NCBI GenBank assembly: GCA_944390195.1
Contig: CALXOZ010000002.1
Coordinates: 14,380 to 78,379 of the forward strand
DNA: 64,000 nt
Direction: 5' to 3'
Source of the DNA: an uncultured Alphaproteobacteria bacterium
GTDB taxonomy: Bacteria > Pseudomonadota > Alphaproteobacteria > CAAGCB01 > CAG-977
The position numbers and the translations under genes are program-made. Below are positions 20,348 to 30,399 of the stretch, one piece after another (position 1 is the first letter of the stretch; every line of letters begins with the position of its first letter). The notes beneath the pieces were generated by a model that was not told where the DNA came from, searched no databases, and was given only the letters and a program-made list of their open reading frames with translations.

Positions 20348-21487
20348 TTATGCCGGAGATTCTGCTACGGCAATATTGTTTTGTCGTTCTTTGGTTGAAC
20401 GCAAGGCATTAAAAGCGCGTAATAAAAGCGAATCGATTGTTTCATCCGTATCTGTTCGTGTCGCGATGCTTATACTTGTGGTAACGGTGATTTTTATATT
20501 TCCGACCATCAGATTTGATTTCATGACTTCATCGCGAATGCGCTCAGCAACGATTTTTGCGCCTTCCAATGGTGTTTCCGGTAATAAGATCGCAAATTCG
20601 ATATCGGCCAAACGTCCTAAGTAATCGGAATCCCTGATGGAATTTTGACAAGCTGTTACGGCGACTTTTATTGCTTCATCGCCGAATGCCGACCCGTGCT
20701 CGTTATTTAAAGCTTCGAAACGGTCAATGGTCATTAAAAGAACGGACAAGTTCCGTTTATAACGTCTTGCCCGTTTCATTTCTTTTGCTCCGTCTTCCAA
20801 GAACTGACGTCTGTTCAATACGCCGGTAACAGGATCGATTACAGTCATTTGACGTAATTCTTCTTCCAATTGTTTGCGCGGTGTTATATCGAACCCGACA
20901 GAACGGATTTCAGCCGGACGTCCATCGGGCCCGTAAATAATCCGGTTTGTCCATGAAATCCAAACTCTTCTGCCGTTTTTGCAAATATTTTCATTTTCAT
21001 TATCGACATACAGGCGCGGGTTGTTTTTAATGCGTTCAATCAAATTTGTTAAAGTTTGTCCGCGGGAATCTTTAGTTGGAACGATGGTACCGATAATATT
21101 TTTACCGATGAGTTCACTTTTATCGTTATAACCGTAAAATTCGCAGGCATAATCATTAACAGACAGGAGTATACCGTCTTTATCCATACAGATAAATAAA
21201 CTTTTCGTACCGGGGGAAGAGTATGGATCGAACTGGCGATGGCGTTCTTTTTTCATATCTTCCAATTCCTTTTGTACGGAAATTAAAGTATTTTGTAATT
21301 CAACGACTTTGTTTTTCAAGGCAATTTTTTTTGTTCTGCAAGATAAAAAGCGATAAAACAAATATATCAATGCAAAACTTAACACGAAACACAAAACAAC
21401 GGGCAATGATATAAACCCTGATGACTGAGATATTTTTCCTTCGGGCAGAAGAATTGTTTGAAAGTTGAAATAGGCTGAAAACGGCAT
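20348..21487 (-). CDS. membrane-anchored PAS–GGDEF-domain protein with degenerate active site (ADIEF instead of GG[DE]EF)
   Basis: 379 aa. N-terminal TM, PAS-like region, and a GGDEF fold recognisable by 'IDRFEALNNEHGSAFGDEAIK' and 'RYKRNLSVLLMTIDRF'. The signature reads 'GRLADIEFAILLPE'. Confidence 0.75.
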   Translation of the reverse strand: MPFSAYFNFQTILLPEGKISQSSGFISLPVVLCFVLSFALIYLFYRFLSCRTKKIALKNKVVELQNTLISVQKELEDMKKERHRQFDPYSSPGTKSLFICMDKDGILLSVNDYACEFYGYNDKSELIGKNIIGTIVPTKDSRGQTLTNLIERIKNNPRLYVDNENENICKNGRRVWISWTNRIIYGPDGRPAEIRSVGFDITPRKQLEEELRQMTVIDPVTGVLNRRQFLEDGAKEMKRARRYKRNLSVLLMTIDRFEALNNEHGSAFGDEAIKVAVTACQNSIRDSDYLGRLADIEFAILLPETPLEGAKIVAERIRDEVMKSNLMVGNIKITVTTSISIATRTDTDETIDSLLLRAFNALRSTKERQNNIAVAESPA

Positions 21488-21707
21488 TCAAATCCCCTTG
21501 TTTTTTTATCTTATTGAATTTTATCACTTTTTAGACTGTTTCTGCAATCAATTTTTCAAAATGGGGGTGTTTTGACAATTCGAAGATACTCTACAGCTAA
21601 AAAGAGGTATTTTATTTTTATGACAAAAGTTATATAACAGCTGATTGAAAAAAGATTGTATATAAGTTGCGGTTCGGGTATCTTCGGCCTGCTTGCTGGA
21701 GGAAAAT

Positions 21708-23153
21708 ATGACTGAAAAAAAAGTTTCTGCTTTAGAAGCCGTTTCGGATACTTATCACTACGGGTTTGAAACTGAAATTGACTCTGAAACTGCTCCGAAG
21801 GGGTTGAATGAAGACATCATACGATTTATTTCCAAGAAAAAAAACGAACCGCAATGGTTGTTAGATTTTCGTTTGAAAGCTTTCCGGCATTGGCTGACGA
21901 TGAAAGAACCGACTTGGGCAAAGATTACTTATCCCCCGATTGATTATCAGGATATTTATTATTATGCGGCTCCGAAAAGAGCTTCCGCCCCTAAAAGCCT
22001 TGATGAGGTCGATCCGGAATTGTTAAAAACATACGATAAGTTAGGGGTGCCGTTGCATGAACGTGAAATCTTGGCGGGTGTTGCTGTTGACGCCGTGTTT
22101 GACAGTGTTTCCGTCGCAACGACTTTTCGTGATAAATTAGCCCGACAGGGGATTATTTTCTGCTCTATTTCCGAAGCTGTTCAAAATCATCCGGATTTGG
22201 TGAAAAAATATTTGGGTTCTGTTGTTCCTTATACGGATAATTTCTTTGCCTGTTTGAATTCGGCTGTTTTTACGGACGGGACTTTTGTCTATATTCCTAA
22301 AGGTGTCCGTTGTCCGATGGAATTATCAACTTATTTTAGAATTAACGCTAAAAAATCCGGACAGTTTGAACGCACAATGATTATTGCCGACGATCATTCC
22401 TATGTCAGTTATCTGGAAGGATGCACCGCTCCTCAACGCGATGAAAACCAGTTGCACGCCGCTATTGTGGAAATCATTGTGATGAATAACGCCGAAGTGA
22501 AATATTCCACTGTTCAAAATTGGTTTCCGGGGGATAAGGAAGGAAAAGGCGGCATATATAATTTCGTAACCAAAAGGGGGGTGTGCAAGGGAGTTAATGC
22601 CAAACTGTCTTGGACACAAGTTGAAACAGGATCCGCTATTACTTGGAAATATCCATCTTGCGTTTTATTGGGAGACAATTCCGTCGGTGAATTTTATTCC
22701 GTGGCGATTACAAACAATTTCCAGCAAGCCGACACGGGAACGAAAATGATCCACATTGGTAAAAACACGTCTTCCACAATCGTGTCAAAAGGGATTTCTG
22801 CGGGAAAATCACAAAATACATATCGCGGCTTGGTTCAGATGGGAAAAAATGCCGATCATGCAAGAAACTTTTCTCAATGCGATAGTTTACTCATCGGTTC
22901 TTGTTGCGGAGCCCATACTTTACCTTATATGATAAGTAACAATCCTTCCGCACAGGTCGAACATGAAGCGACAACTTCTAAAATCAGCGATGACCAGCTG
23001 TTTTATTGCCGTCAAAGGGGGATTAATGCCGAAGATGCCGTTTCTTTGATTGTTAATGGTTTTTGTAAAGATGTTATGCAAAAGTTGCCAATGGAGTTTG
23101 CTGTGGAAGCAACTCGCTTAGTCGCGGTTACTCTTGAAGGAAGCGTCGGTTGA
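21708..23153 (+). CDS. sufB: Fe-S cluster assembly protein SufB
   Basis: About 480 aa SufB/SufD family with a conserved C-terminal beta-helix. ATG 21708 is preceded by GGAGG; the track's upstream extension uses TTG. Confidence 0.9.
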   Translation: MTEKKVSALEAVSDTYHYGFETEIDSETAPKGLNEDIIRFISKKKNEPQWLLDFRLKAFRHWLTMKEPTWAKITYPPIDYQDIYYYAAPKRASAPKSLDEVDPELLKTYDKLGVPLHEREILAGVAVDAVFDSVSVATTFRDKLARQGIIFCSISEAVQNHPDLVKKYLGSVVPYTDNFFACLNSAVFTDGTFVYIPKGVRCPMELSTYFRINAKKSGQFERTMIIADDHSYVSYLEGCTAPQRDENQLHAAIVEIIVMNNAEVKYSTVQNWFPGDKEGKGGIYNFVTKRGVCKGVNAKLSWTQVETGSAITWKYPSCVLLGDNSVGEFYSVAITNNFQQADTGTKMIHIGKNTSSTIVSKGISAGKSQNTYRGLVQMGKNADHARNFSQCDSLLIGSCCGAHTLPYMISNNPSAQVEHEATTSKISDDQLFYCRQRGINAEDAVSLIVNGFCKDVMQKLPMEFAVEATRLVAVTLEGSVG

Positions 23154-23169
23154 ACAAGGAGAAAATATA

Positions 23170-23934
23170 ATGTCAGCATGGCTGAAAATAAAAGATTTAT
23201 GTGTGAAAGTTGCGGATAAACCGATTTTAAACGACCTTTCTTTGTCCATAAACGCCGGAGAGGTTCATGTCATCATGGGACCAAACGGTTGCGGAAAAAG
23301 CACGCTGTCCAATGTTTTGTGCGGTAATCAAAACTACGAGGTAACCGGAGGCTTTATTGATTTTAAAGATAAAAATCTCTTGGAAATGAATGTCGAAGAA
23401 CGAGCTTGTGCGGGTATATTTTTGGCTTTTCAACATCCAGTTGAAATCCCCGGCGTATCAATGGCGACCTTTATGAAATATGCTTTGAACGCTAGACGAA
23501 AAGCCCAAGGAAAACAGGAACTTGACGCAGTCAGTTTCATAAAACGGATTAAAGTGCGTGCGCAGGCTTTGGGGATTTCGGACGAAATGTTAAAAAGACC
23601 CGTTAATGTGGGGTTTTCTGGCGGAGAAAAAAAACGTTTGGAAATTTTTCAAATGGCAGTGCTGGAACCGGATTTTTGCATTTTGGACGAAATGGATTCT
23701 GGGCTTGATGTCGATGCGGTCAAGGTGGCGGGGAACGGTGTGAAAATCATGCGTTCTGAACAAAGGTCTTTTTTGGTCATCTCGCATAATATCAGGTTTT
23801 TAAAAGAACAAATCCAACCCGATAAAATCCATGTCATGGTTCATGGACGCATTGTCGCCCAAGGTGGTATGGAACTGTTGGATGAAATTGATAAAAACGG
23901 ATTTTCCGCTTTTCTGAAAGAGGCGGTGGCATAA
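23170..23934 (+). CDS. sufC: Fe-S cluster assembly ATPase SufC
   Basis: Walker A 'GPNGCGKST', ABC signature 'FSGGEKKR', Walker B 'ILDEMDSGLD'. AAGGAG RBS. Confidence 0.93.
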   Translation: MSAWLKIKDLCVKVADKPILNDLSLSINAGEVHVIMGPNGCGKSTLSNVLCGNQNYEVTGGFIDFKDKNLLEMNVEERACAGIFLAFQHPVEIPGVSMATFMKYALNARRKAQGKQELDAVSFIKRIKVRAQALGISDEMLKRPVNVGFSGGEKKRLEIFQMAVLEPDFCILDEMDSGLDVDAVKVAGNGVKIMRSEQRSFLVISHNIRFLKEQIQPDKIHVMVHGRIVAQGGMELLDEIDKNGFSAFLKEAVA

Positions 23935-24662
23935 TGATAAAAACCCTTTCAAAACAGCGTCTGTTGACAATTGATTCCGGTCAATCCGTTGTTTTTTTTG
24001 AAAAACAACTTGCGCCTAAAACACAAATCACCATAGCCAAAAATGCTCATGTTAAACATTATCGTCTGCATGAAATGACAGATCACTCTTTGTTTGTACG
24101 TTTGGAAGATAATGCCAGTTATGAACTGATCACATTGCATCGAGGCGATGGGAATTTGACACTTTATTTCGATTTGTCTGGGAAAAACGCGTTTTGTCAA
24201 AGCAATATCGTGTATGTGTTATCGGAAAACAAAAATACATTAATTCATTGTGATGTCCATCATAATGCGGATGACACTGTTTCCCGCCAATTCGTCAAAG
24301 GAGCTGTTTGCGCCAATGCAAAAGCCGTCTTCCAAGGAGGCATCTTCATTCCTTATAATAAAAAAGGAATAGATGGCATGCAACAACATCGGGCTTTGTT
24401 GTTAGGGAAAAACGCTTGCGCTCAAGCCGTTCCGCAATTGGAAATATATGCGGATGATGTAAAATGTGCTCATGGTTCCGCAATCGGTTTCTTAGATCAA
24501 GAACAGATGTTTTATTTGCAATCCAGAGGCCTTGATGAAGAACAGGCTCGAACTTTGCTGACGACGGCGTTCTTAAATGAAATACTGGACGATATTGAAG
24601 ATGATGAAGTGCGTGAAGAACTAAAATCTTTGGCGCTTGAAGAGGTCTGTCATGGCAATTGA
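23934..24662 (+). CDS. sufD: Fe-S cluster assembly protein SufD (short form, C-terminal core only)
   Basis: 242 aa. Matches the conserved SufD C-terminal region (…QQHRALLLGKNACAQAVPQLEIYADDVKCAHGSAIG…). Lacks the usual N-terminal about 180 aa. Coupled ATGA with sufC. Confidence 0.7.
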   Translation: MIKTLSKQRLLTIDSGQSVVFFEKQLAPKTQITIAKNAHVKHYRLHEMTDHSLFVRLEDNASYELITLHRGDGNLTLYFDLSGKNAFCQSNIVYVLSENKNTLIHCDVHHNADDTVSRQFVKGAVCANAKAVFQGGIFIPYNKKGIDGMQQHRALLLGKNACAQAVPQLEIYADDVKCAHGSAIGFLDQEQMFYLQSRGLDEEQARTLLTTAFLNEILDDIEDDEVREELKSLALEEVCHGN

Positions 24663-25872
24663 TGTTGAAAAAATCAGATCTGATTTTCCGGCTTTATCTT
24701 TGACAATGCACGGTAAGCCATTGATTTTTTTAGATAGCGCCGCTTCCGCTCAAAAACCGCTGTGTGTCTTGGATGTGATCAAGAATCAATATGTTAATGA
24801 ATATGCCAATGTTCATCGTGGCGTTTACAGATTGTCCGAAAAAGCGACATTGAATTTTGAACAGGCGCGTCAAAAAGTCCGTCATTTTATTAATGCGGCA
24901 AGTGATAAAGAAATTGTTTTTACCAGGGGAGCGACAGATTCCATTAATCTGGTTGCTTATACATGGGCGGCGTCCAATTTAAAAGACGGAGATGAAATCA
25001 TTTTATCGCAAGCCGAACATCATTCAAATATTGTTCCTTGGCAGATTTTGCAAAAAAGAATTAATTTCAAAATCAAAATCGTTCCTGTCGACGATAATGG
25101 CGACTTTATTTTTGAAGAATATTTGAAGTTGCTTAATGAAAAAACAAAGCTTGTTTCTGTGATGCACGTTTCCAACGTATTGGGAACGGTTTTTCCTGTT
25201 AAAGAAATTATCCGGTCGGCACATGAACAAGGGGCGGTCGTTTTAATTGACGGATGTCAAGGGGCGACTCATATGCCTGTGGATGTCCAAGATCTGGAAT
25301 GTGATTTTTATGTTTTTTCCGGTCATAAACTTTATGGTCCGACGGGGATAGGGGTTTTGTACGGGAAACTGTCTTTATTAAAAGAGATGCCTCCGTTTGA
25401 AGGCGGGGGCGACATGATTAAAAGCGTTTCTTTTGAAAAAAGCGTCTGGGCGGAGCCTCCCGCCCGTTTTGAAGCCGGTACGCCTGCAATCATGCAGGCA
25501 GTGGGGTTAGGGCATGCTATTGATTATGTCAATAAAATCGGTATGGATGAAATCGAATTGCATGAAAGACAATTATGCCAGCTATTGCAAGGGGAAATGT
25601 TAAAAATTCCAGGCATCAGAGTAATCGGAAATTCGAATGACAAGGCGGCTGTTGTCAGTTTTGTTGCCGATTTCGCTCATCCGCAAGATATGGCGATGAT
25701 TCTCGACCAAGAAGGCATTGCTGTCAGAACAGGACACCATTGTGCACAACCTTTGCATGAACGTTTTGGCGTTTCCGTAACCGTCAGAGCTTCACTGGGA
25801 GTTTATAATACTCAAAGTGATATTGAGAATTTCATCAAAGCGGTTCATAAAGTTAAGCGGTTCTTCACTTGA
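24652..25872 (+). CDS. sufS: cysteine desulfurase SufS (class II aminotransferase V)
   Basis: 407 aa. PLP-Lys region '…FSGHKLYGPTGIG…' and active-site Cys loop '…RTGHHCAQPLH…'. Confidence 0.92.
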   Translation: MAIDVEKIRSDFPALSLTMHGKPLIFLDSAASAQKPLCVLDVIKNQYVNEYANVHRGVYRLSEKATLNFEQARQKVRHFINAASDKEIVFTRGATDSINLVAYTWAASNLKDGDEIILSQAEHHSNIVPWQILQKRINFKIKIVPVDDNGDFIFEEYLKLLNEKTKLVSVMHVSNVLGTVFPVKEIIRSAHEQGAVVLIDGCQGATHMPVDVQDLECDFYVFSGHKLYGPTGIGVLYGKLSLLKEMPPFEGGGDMIKSVSFEKSVWAEPPARFEAGTPAIMQAVGLGHAIDYVNKIGMDEIELHERQLCQLLQGEMLKIPGIRVIGNSNDKAAVVSFVADFAHPQDMAMILDQEGIAVRTGHHCAQPLHERFGVSVTVRASLGVYNTQSDIENFIKAVHKVKRFFT

Positions 25873-25890
25873 TTTTATAGGAGAAAAAAC

Positions 25891-26046
25891 ATGATGGATG
25901 AAAAAAAAGGTTGCGGTTGTTCTTCTTCAAAATCCACAGACAAAAAAACAGTTCATGCCGACGCGGATCAAAACAAGCAAAAGCATGCTATGGGTGATAA
26001 AAACGCCGATCATATGAAAGAAGTGAAAAACGCTCCTAAAAAATAA
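25891..26046 (+). CDS. small Cys/His/Lys-rich ORF (51 aa), not in the ORF track
   Basis: AGGAG RBS 8 nt upstream of ATG. MMDEKKGCGCSSSKSTDKKTVHADADQNKQKHAMGDKNADHMKEVKNAPKK. It fills the sufS–sufT gap. Confidence 0.5.
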   Translation: MMDEKKGCGCSSSKSTDKKTVHADADQNKQKHAMGDKNADHMKEVKNAPKK

Positions 26047-26142
26047 ATTTTCATTTTGCGTGCTTCTCTATAAAGATAAAGATTGAAAATTGATAAAAAG
26101 CGTTGCATAAAGTCTTTAAAGATTCTTTGTGGAGAAATGGGG

Positions 26143-26772
26143 ATGGAAGAAAAAAAGCTTTCGGATCAAAAAGAATCAACAGCCTCTGATAATGCGGAGG
26201 CTGTTAATTTGTCGACACTTGACAATGAAGACAAGTTGAAAAAGTTGTCCAGTTTTTCAGGGACAATAGAAATTTCATTGCCGATCGGTCGTCAAGATGA
26301 AAAACAACAAGAAAACCTTTCCTTTTCAAAGTTTGATGACATTTCGGCAGATGAGTTTAAAGACTTTGAGGATTTGTTATGGGGTGGCAATATGCCAGAC
26401 GCTCCGGTTTTAAATTTCGGAGACGAGTATGTTGTAACAGAAGGTGAAACTCTGGAAGACGGGAAAAAACAATCAGATATTGATGAAATCATTCAGGCAA
26501 TACGGACTGTCGAAGATCCAGAGCTGATGTTGAATGTTTATGATCTGGGATTGATCTACCGGTTGGATAAATTAAAAAACGGAGATGTTGAAATCGATAT
26601 GACTGTAACGGCTCCGTCATGTCCCGTTGCCGGGGTCATGCCGAAACAGGTTGCTCAAGCTGTTTCAAAATTGGAAGGAACAGGGAAGGTAACCGTTAAG
26701 TTGGTATGGGAGCCGGTATGGACAATTGATAAAATGACGGACGAGGCAAAATATATTTTAAATATGTTTTAG
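26143..26772 (+). CDS. sufT: SufT/DUF59 (MIP18-family) Fe-S assembly protein with N-terminal acidic extension
   Basis: C-terminal 'VEDPELMLNVYDLGLIYRL…MTVTAPSCPVAG' DUF59 core. The N-terminal about 110 aa is acidic and low-complexity. Confidence 0.75.
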   Translation: MEEKKLSDQKESTASDNAEAVNLSTLDNEDKLKKLSSFSGTIEISLPIGRQDEKQQENLSFSKFDDISADEFKDFEDLLWGGNMPDAPVLNFGDEYVVTEGETLEDGKKQSDIDEIIQAIRTVEDPELMLNVYDLGLIYRLDKLKNGDVEIDMTVTAPSCPVAGVMPKQVAQAVSKLEGTGKVTVKLVWEPVWTIDKMTDEAKYILNMF

Positions 26773-26777
26773 ACAAT

Positions 26778-27224
26778 CTAATTGATCTGATTGATCCAGT
26801 CTATGTCTTCGTTCATTTTCAATTCATGTGGAATTTTAATATATTTACTTTCCAAATAGTCAATCATCAACGGACTGAGATATTCTATTCCGGCAAACAT
26901 CAAGCTGCGATTGAAGTCTTTGGTTAAGAAGAATTCGACAATTTCCCATTTGTCCTGATCAACAGCCAAAGAGACGGCATTTTTTCCATTTGAAATGATA
27001 AAGGCTGGATCTGCGCCGTTTTCCATTAAATATTGAACAATTTCCAGACAATCATTATCAACCGCTTTATACAATAAAGCGCAAAGAACTTCTTTGTTGA
27101 AAGAGATGTTATCAAACACAGATTGTATTTGAGATCTTGAAATATTTTTGCCTTTCAATAATTCTTCAAATTTTTCTTCAAAAGACATACCTTTTACTCT
27201 GATACAACTATTTGATTTAAACAA
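26778..27224 (-). CDS. ankyrin-repeat protein
   Basis: About 140 aa with at least 2 ANK-like repeats (LCALLYKAVDNDCLEIVQYLMENGADP…NGKNAVSLAVDQDKWEIVEFFL). Located 12 bp downstream of the 405-aa gene on the same strand. Confidence 0.65.
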   Translation of the reverse strand: MFKSNSCIRVKGMSFEEKFEELLKGKNISRSQIQSVFDNISFNKEVLCALLYKAVDNDCLEIVQYLMENGADPAFIISNGKNAVSLAVDQDKWEIVEFFLTKDFNRSLMFAGIEYLSPLMIDYLESKYIKIPHELKMNEDIDWINQIN

Positions 27225-27235
27225 AAGAGAAGATG

Positions 27236-28453
27236 TTACCTGTTTTTGTTATTTTTCAAAAGCGTCAAAAGAGCGGGGTGAACTTTTCTATCCGAAGTGT
27301 CTTTCAAAGATCTGTTTTGATCGGAAGCATTTTCAGAAGCAGCACGTCTTCCATACATACTGCCTCTGGACGGAAGATCGACATAACTTTTATCTTCCTG
27401 TTTTCCGGTTAAATTTTTTCTGGATTGGAAGAAAAGGTCGGCTGCATTTTTTGTTTCGGTTGATATTCCGCACATTTTTGGGTCATCCAATATATTGGGG
27501 TTATCTTTAAAATAGCATTGACCGTTTGATGTTTGGCAAAACATTTCGACGATTTCTTTGGAAGACATATTTCCTTCAAAAGGAAGCTCTTCAAATGTTT
27601 TCAATTGATCGTCTTTTTTTTGGAAAGCGATGCTTGTCAAATTAAAATAGAGATAATCTTCTTCATAGATATCAACTGTATTTTTTTGTTCAAACCATCC
27701 TTTAAAGGCGTCTTGCATTGTTTTGCTTTGATTTTCAATGACTTTTTCAACAGGCGCATCTTTTGACGGGGCAGAAATGGCATTTGCGATTAAAGGATAA
27801 GAGGAACAGAATTTTTGCCAGACTTTGGAATCTCTTGTTGTAGCTCTGATTTCTAAAGCGACTTGTGCGGCGGTAGCTTGAGCATCAGCTTCGGCGGCGC
27901 GATTCAACTTGACCTCGGTAGCAAGATCTTTCTGGCACAACATATCGGGAAGCCCGCGAGAATGTTGATAGACGTGTCTGACTTCATGTGCCAAAGTTGT
28001 TTTTAATTTTGCATCACTGCAACACGGGTTGATCATGACAATATTTTTTGTCGGATCGAAATACCCGTAACCGGTATCCTGATAATCGAAGCCTATTTTT
28101 GTGCCGTGTTCAGCAGCGTTTTGTAGCAAACTTCTTCCGGTTTCCGAATTTTTTGCAATGGAATTGATCAAAGCGGTCAGACGTTTTTTTTCATTTTTCG
28201 ATCCTGTCAATTCAATATCAACGACAGGAGGTTCATTTTTATAAAAACCGCGGACGAAAGGGGAGGAATAAAGTGTATGAAAAAAAGATTTTTTCATTTC
28301 ATGTTTTTTTTGTTCGATTTTCATCAGAGTTTCTATAAGATGACTATTTCCTTCAATATTTTGAGGGGATGAAAAAATTTGATTAAGCATGGAAGGATTT
28401 TTTGGTTTTCCTTGTGTTTTATTTTCTTGATGAATTTGATCGAAAAAAGACAT
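27236..28453 (-). CDS. hypothetical protein with HExxHxxQ zinc-metallopeptidase-like motif (DUF4157-like) and about 240-aa unknown C-terminal region
   Basis: 405 aa. '…GYGYFDPTKNIVMINP…TTLAHEVRHVYQHSRG' resembles the DUF4157 pattern (G..F/Y…I.……LLAHELTHVVQ). No signal peptide. The C-terminal region is unrecognised. Confidence 0.5.
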   Translation of the reverse strand: MSFFDQIHQENKTQGKPKNPSMLNQIFSSPQNIEGNSHLIETLMKIEQKKHEMKKSFFHTLYSSPFVRGFYKNEPPVVDIELTGSKNEKKRLTALINSIAKNSETGRSLLQNAAEHGTKIGFDYQDTGYGYFDPTKNIVMINPCCSDAKLKTTLAHEVRHVYQHSRGLPDMLCQKDLATEVKLNRAAEADAQATAAQVALEIRATTRDSKVWQKFCSSYPLIANAISAPSKDAPVEKVIENQSKTMQDAFKGWFEQKNTVDIYEEDYLYFNLTSIAFQKKDDQLKTFEELPFEGNMSSKEIVEMFCQTSNGQCYFKDNPNILDDPKMCGISTETKNAADLFFQSRKNLTGKQEDKSYVDLPSRGSMYGRRAASENASDQNRSLKDTSDRKVHPALLTLLKNNKNR

Positions 28454-28539
28454 GAAAATTTCCTCTTATCCTGATTTTATCAAGGATAAAAATTATACAA
28501 TAAATATATTTTTTTTTAAAGGGTAATTTTGATTGAAAT

Positions 28540-29637
<1,098 letters not shown>

Positions 29638-29820
29638 TTATACACCATTCTGGATGAATATTTTCTAGAAACAGAATAGTCGTGAGAGGTAAGCAATTTA
29701 TTAATAATAGCCGGTTTATTGAAATTATTTTTAAAAAAGTTCTTGTTTTCTTTATACTTTTTTAACTAATTCCCGTTTTTGTATTTTATTTAAATAATTT
29801 TTTCTTTAAAAAAGTGTATG

Positions 29821-29835
29821 TTAAAGGCTTATTAA
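29821..29835. promoter_or_regulatory. TTAA-N7-TTAA (CtrA-box-like) about 200 bp upstream of ccrM
   Basis: ttaaaggcttattaa. CtrA is the known regulator of ccrM in alphaproteobacteria. In AT-rich DNA such a match can arise by chance. Confidence 0.25.
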
Positions 29836-29877
29836 ATTTTTTCAATAGCTTATTTGTGAATAAAAGGTTAACAATCA

Positions 29878-29887
29878 GGGGGGGGGG
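29878..29887. repeat. G10 homopolymeric tract
   Basis: 10 consecutive G in an AT-rich intergenic region upstream of ccrM. It is the only long G/C run noticed. Confidence 0.9.
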
Positions 29888-29929
29888 TATGGACGGTAGG
29901 AACGGTTTGTTTTACATCATACCCTAATG

Positions 29930-30222
29930 ACGTTTAGCGCTTTCTTGCACTTCTTTGATGGTTTCCGTACGTCTTACAAAATTTTAACAAGATCGAAACC
30001 GCTTCCGATGATTAGTTATGCGAATTTGTTGCAAGCTTTCCAACAACATTTAATCGTGAAAACGCTTTGTGTCGGATTATCCTGTTTTGTGCGATACGGC
30101 TCAAAGTCCGGACGTTTTGTCCTAAATCTGTAAAGCGGTTACCCCGTATTACGCAAGATGTGTCGCAATCGTTTAGGAAGCTATGGATAAGTACACTAAA
30201 ATCACCGCTCGTCGATATCATT
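29930..30222 (+). pseudogene. decayed internal fragment of the pyruvate:ferredoxin oxidoreductase gene (paralogous to nifJ 33520-33812)
   Basis: About 290 bp collinear with nifJ. Translation gives FLHFFDGFRTSYKILTRSKP… versus parent FLHFFDGFRTSHEINKIETVSDDQLREFVEG…; other segments match nearly base for base (gatcgaaacc, gaaaacgctttg). Contains indels and a stop. Confidence 0.85.
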
Positions 30223-30399
30223 GTTTAAAAATTGATAATTCTTTTATTTGTCCGGTTAAAAGAACGGAGGGATTTGTTTTTTTGAAAATTTTAGGTATAT
30301 GCCAAAATTCCCACCTTTGGTAAAAGGGTTTTGATAAAGCTGTTTTTATCGTTCAAACGAACATGAAAAAATCTTTAAGATAAAAAGTGAAACGTAGCA

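Noticed and set aside
23934-24662. sufD as a pseudogene because it is only 242 aa
   Set aside because: The reading frame is intact and translationally coupled on both sides. The conserved C-terminal core is present. A short form is more parsimonious than decay.
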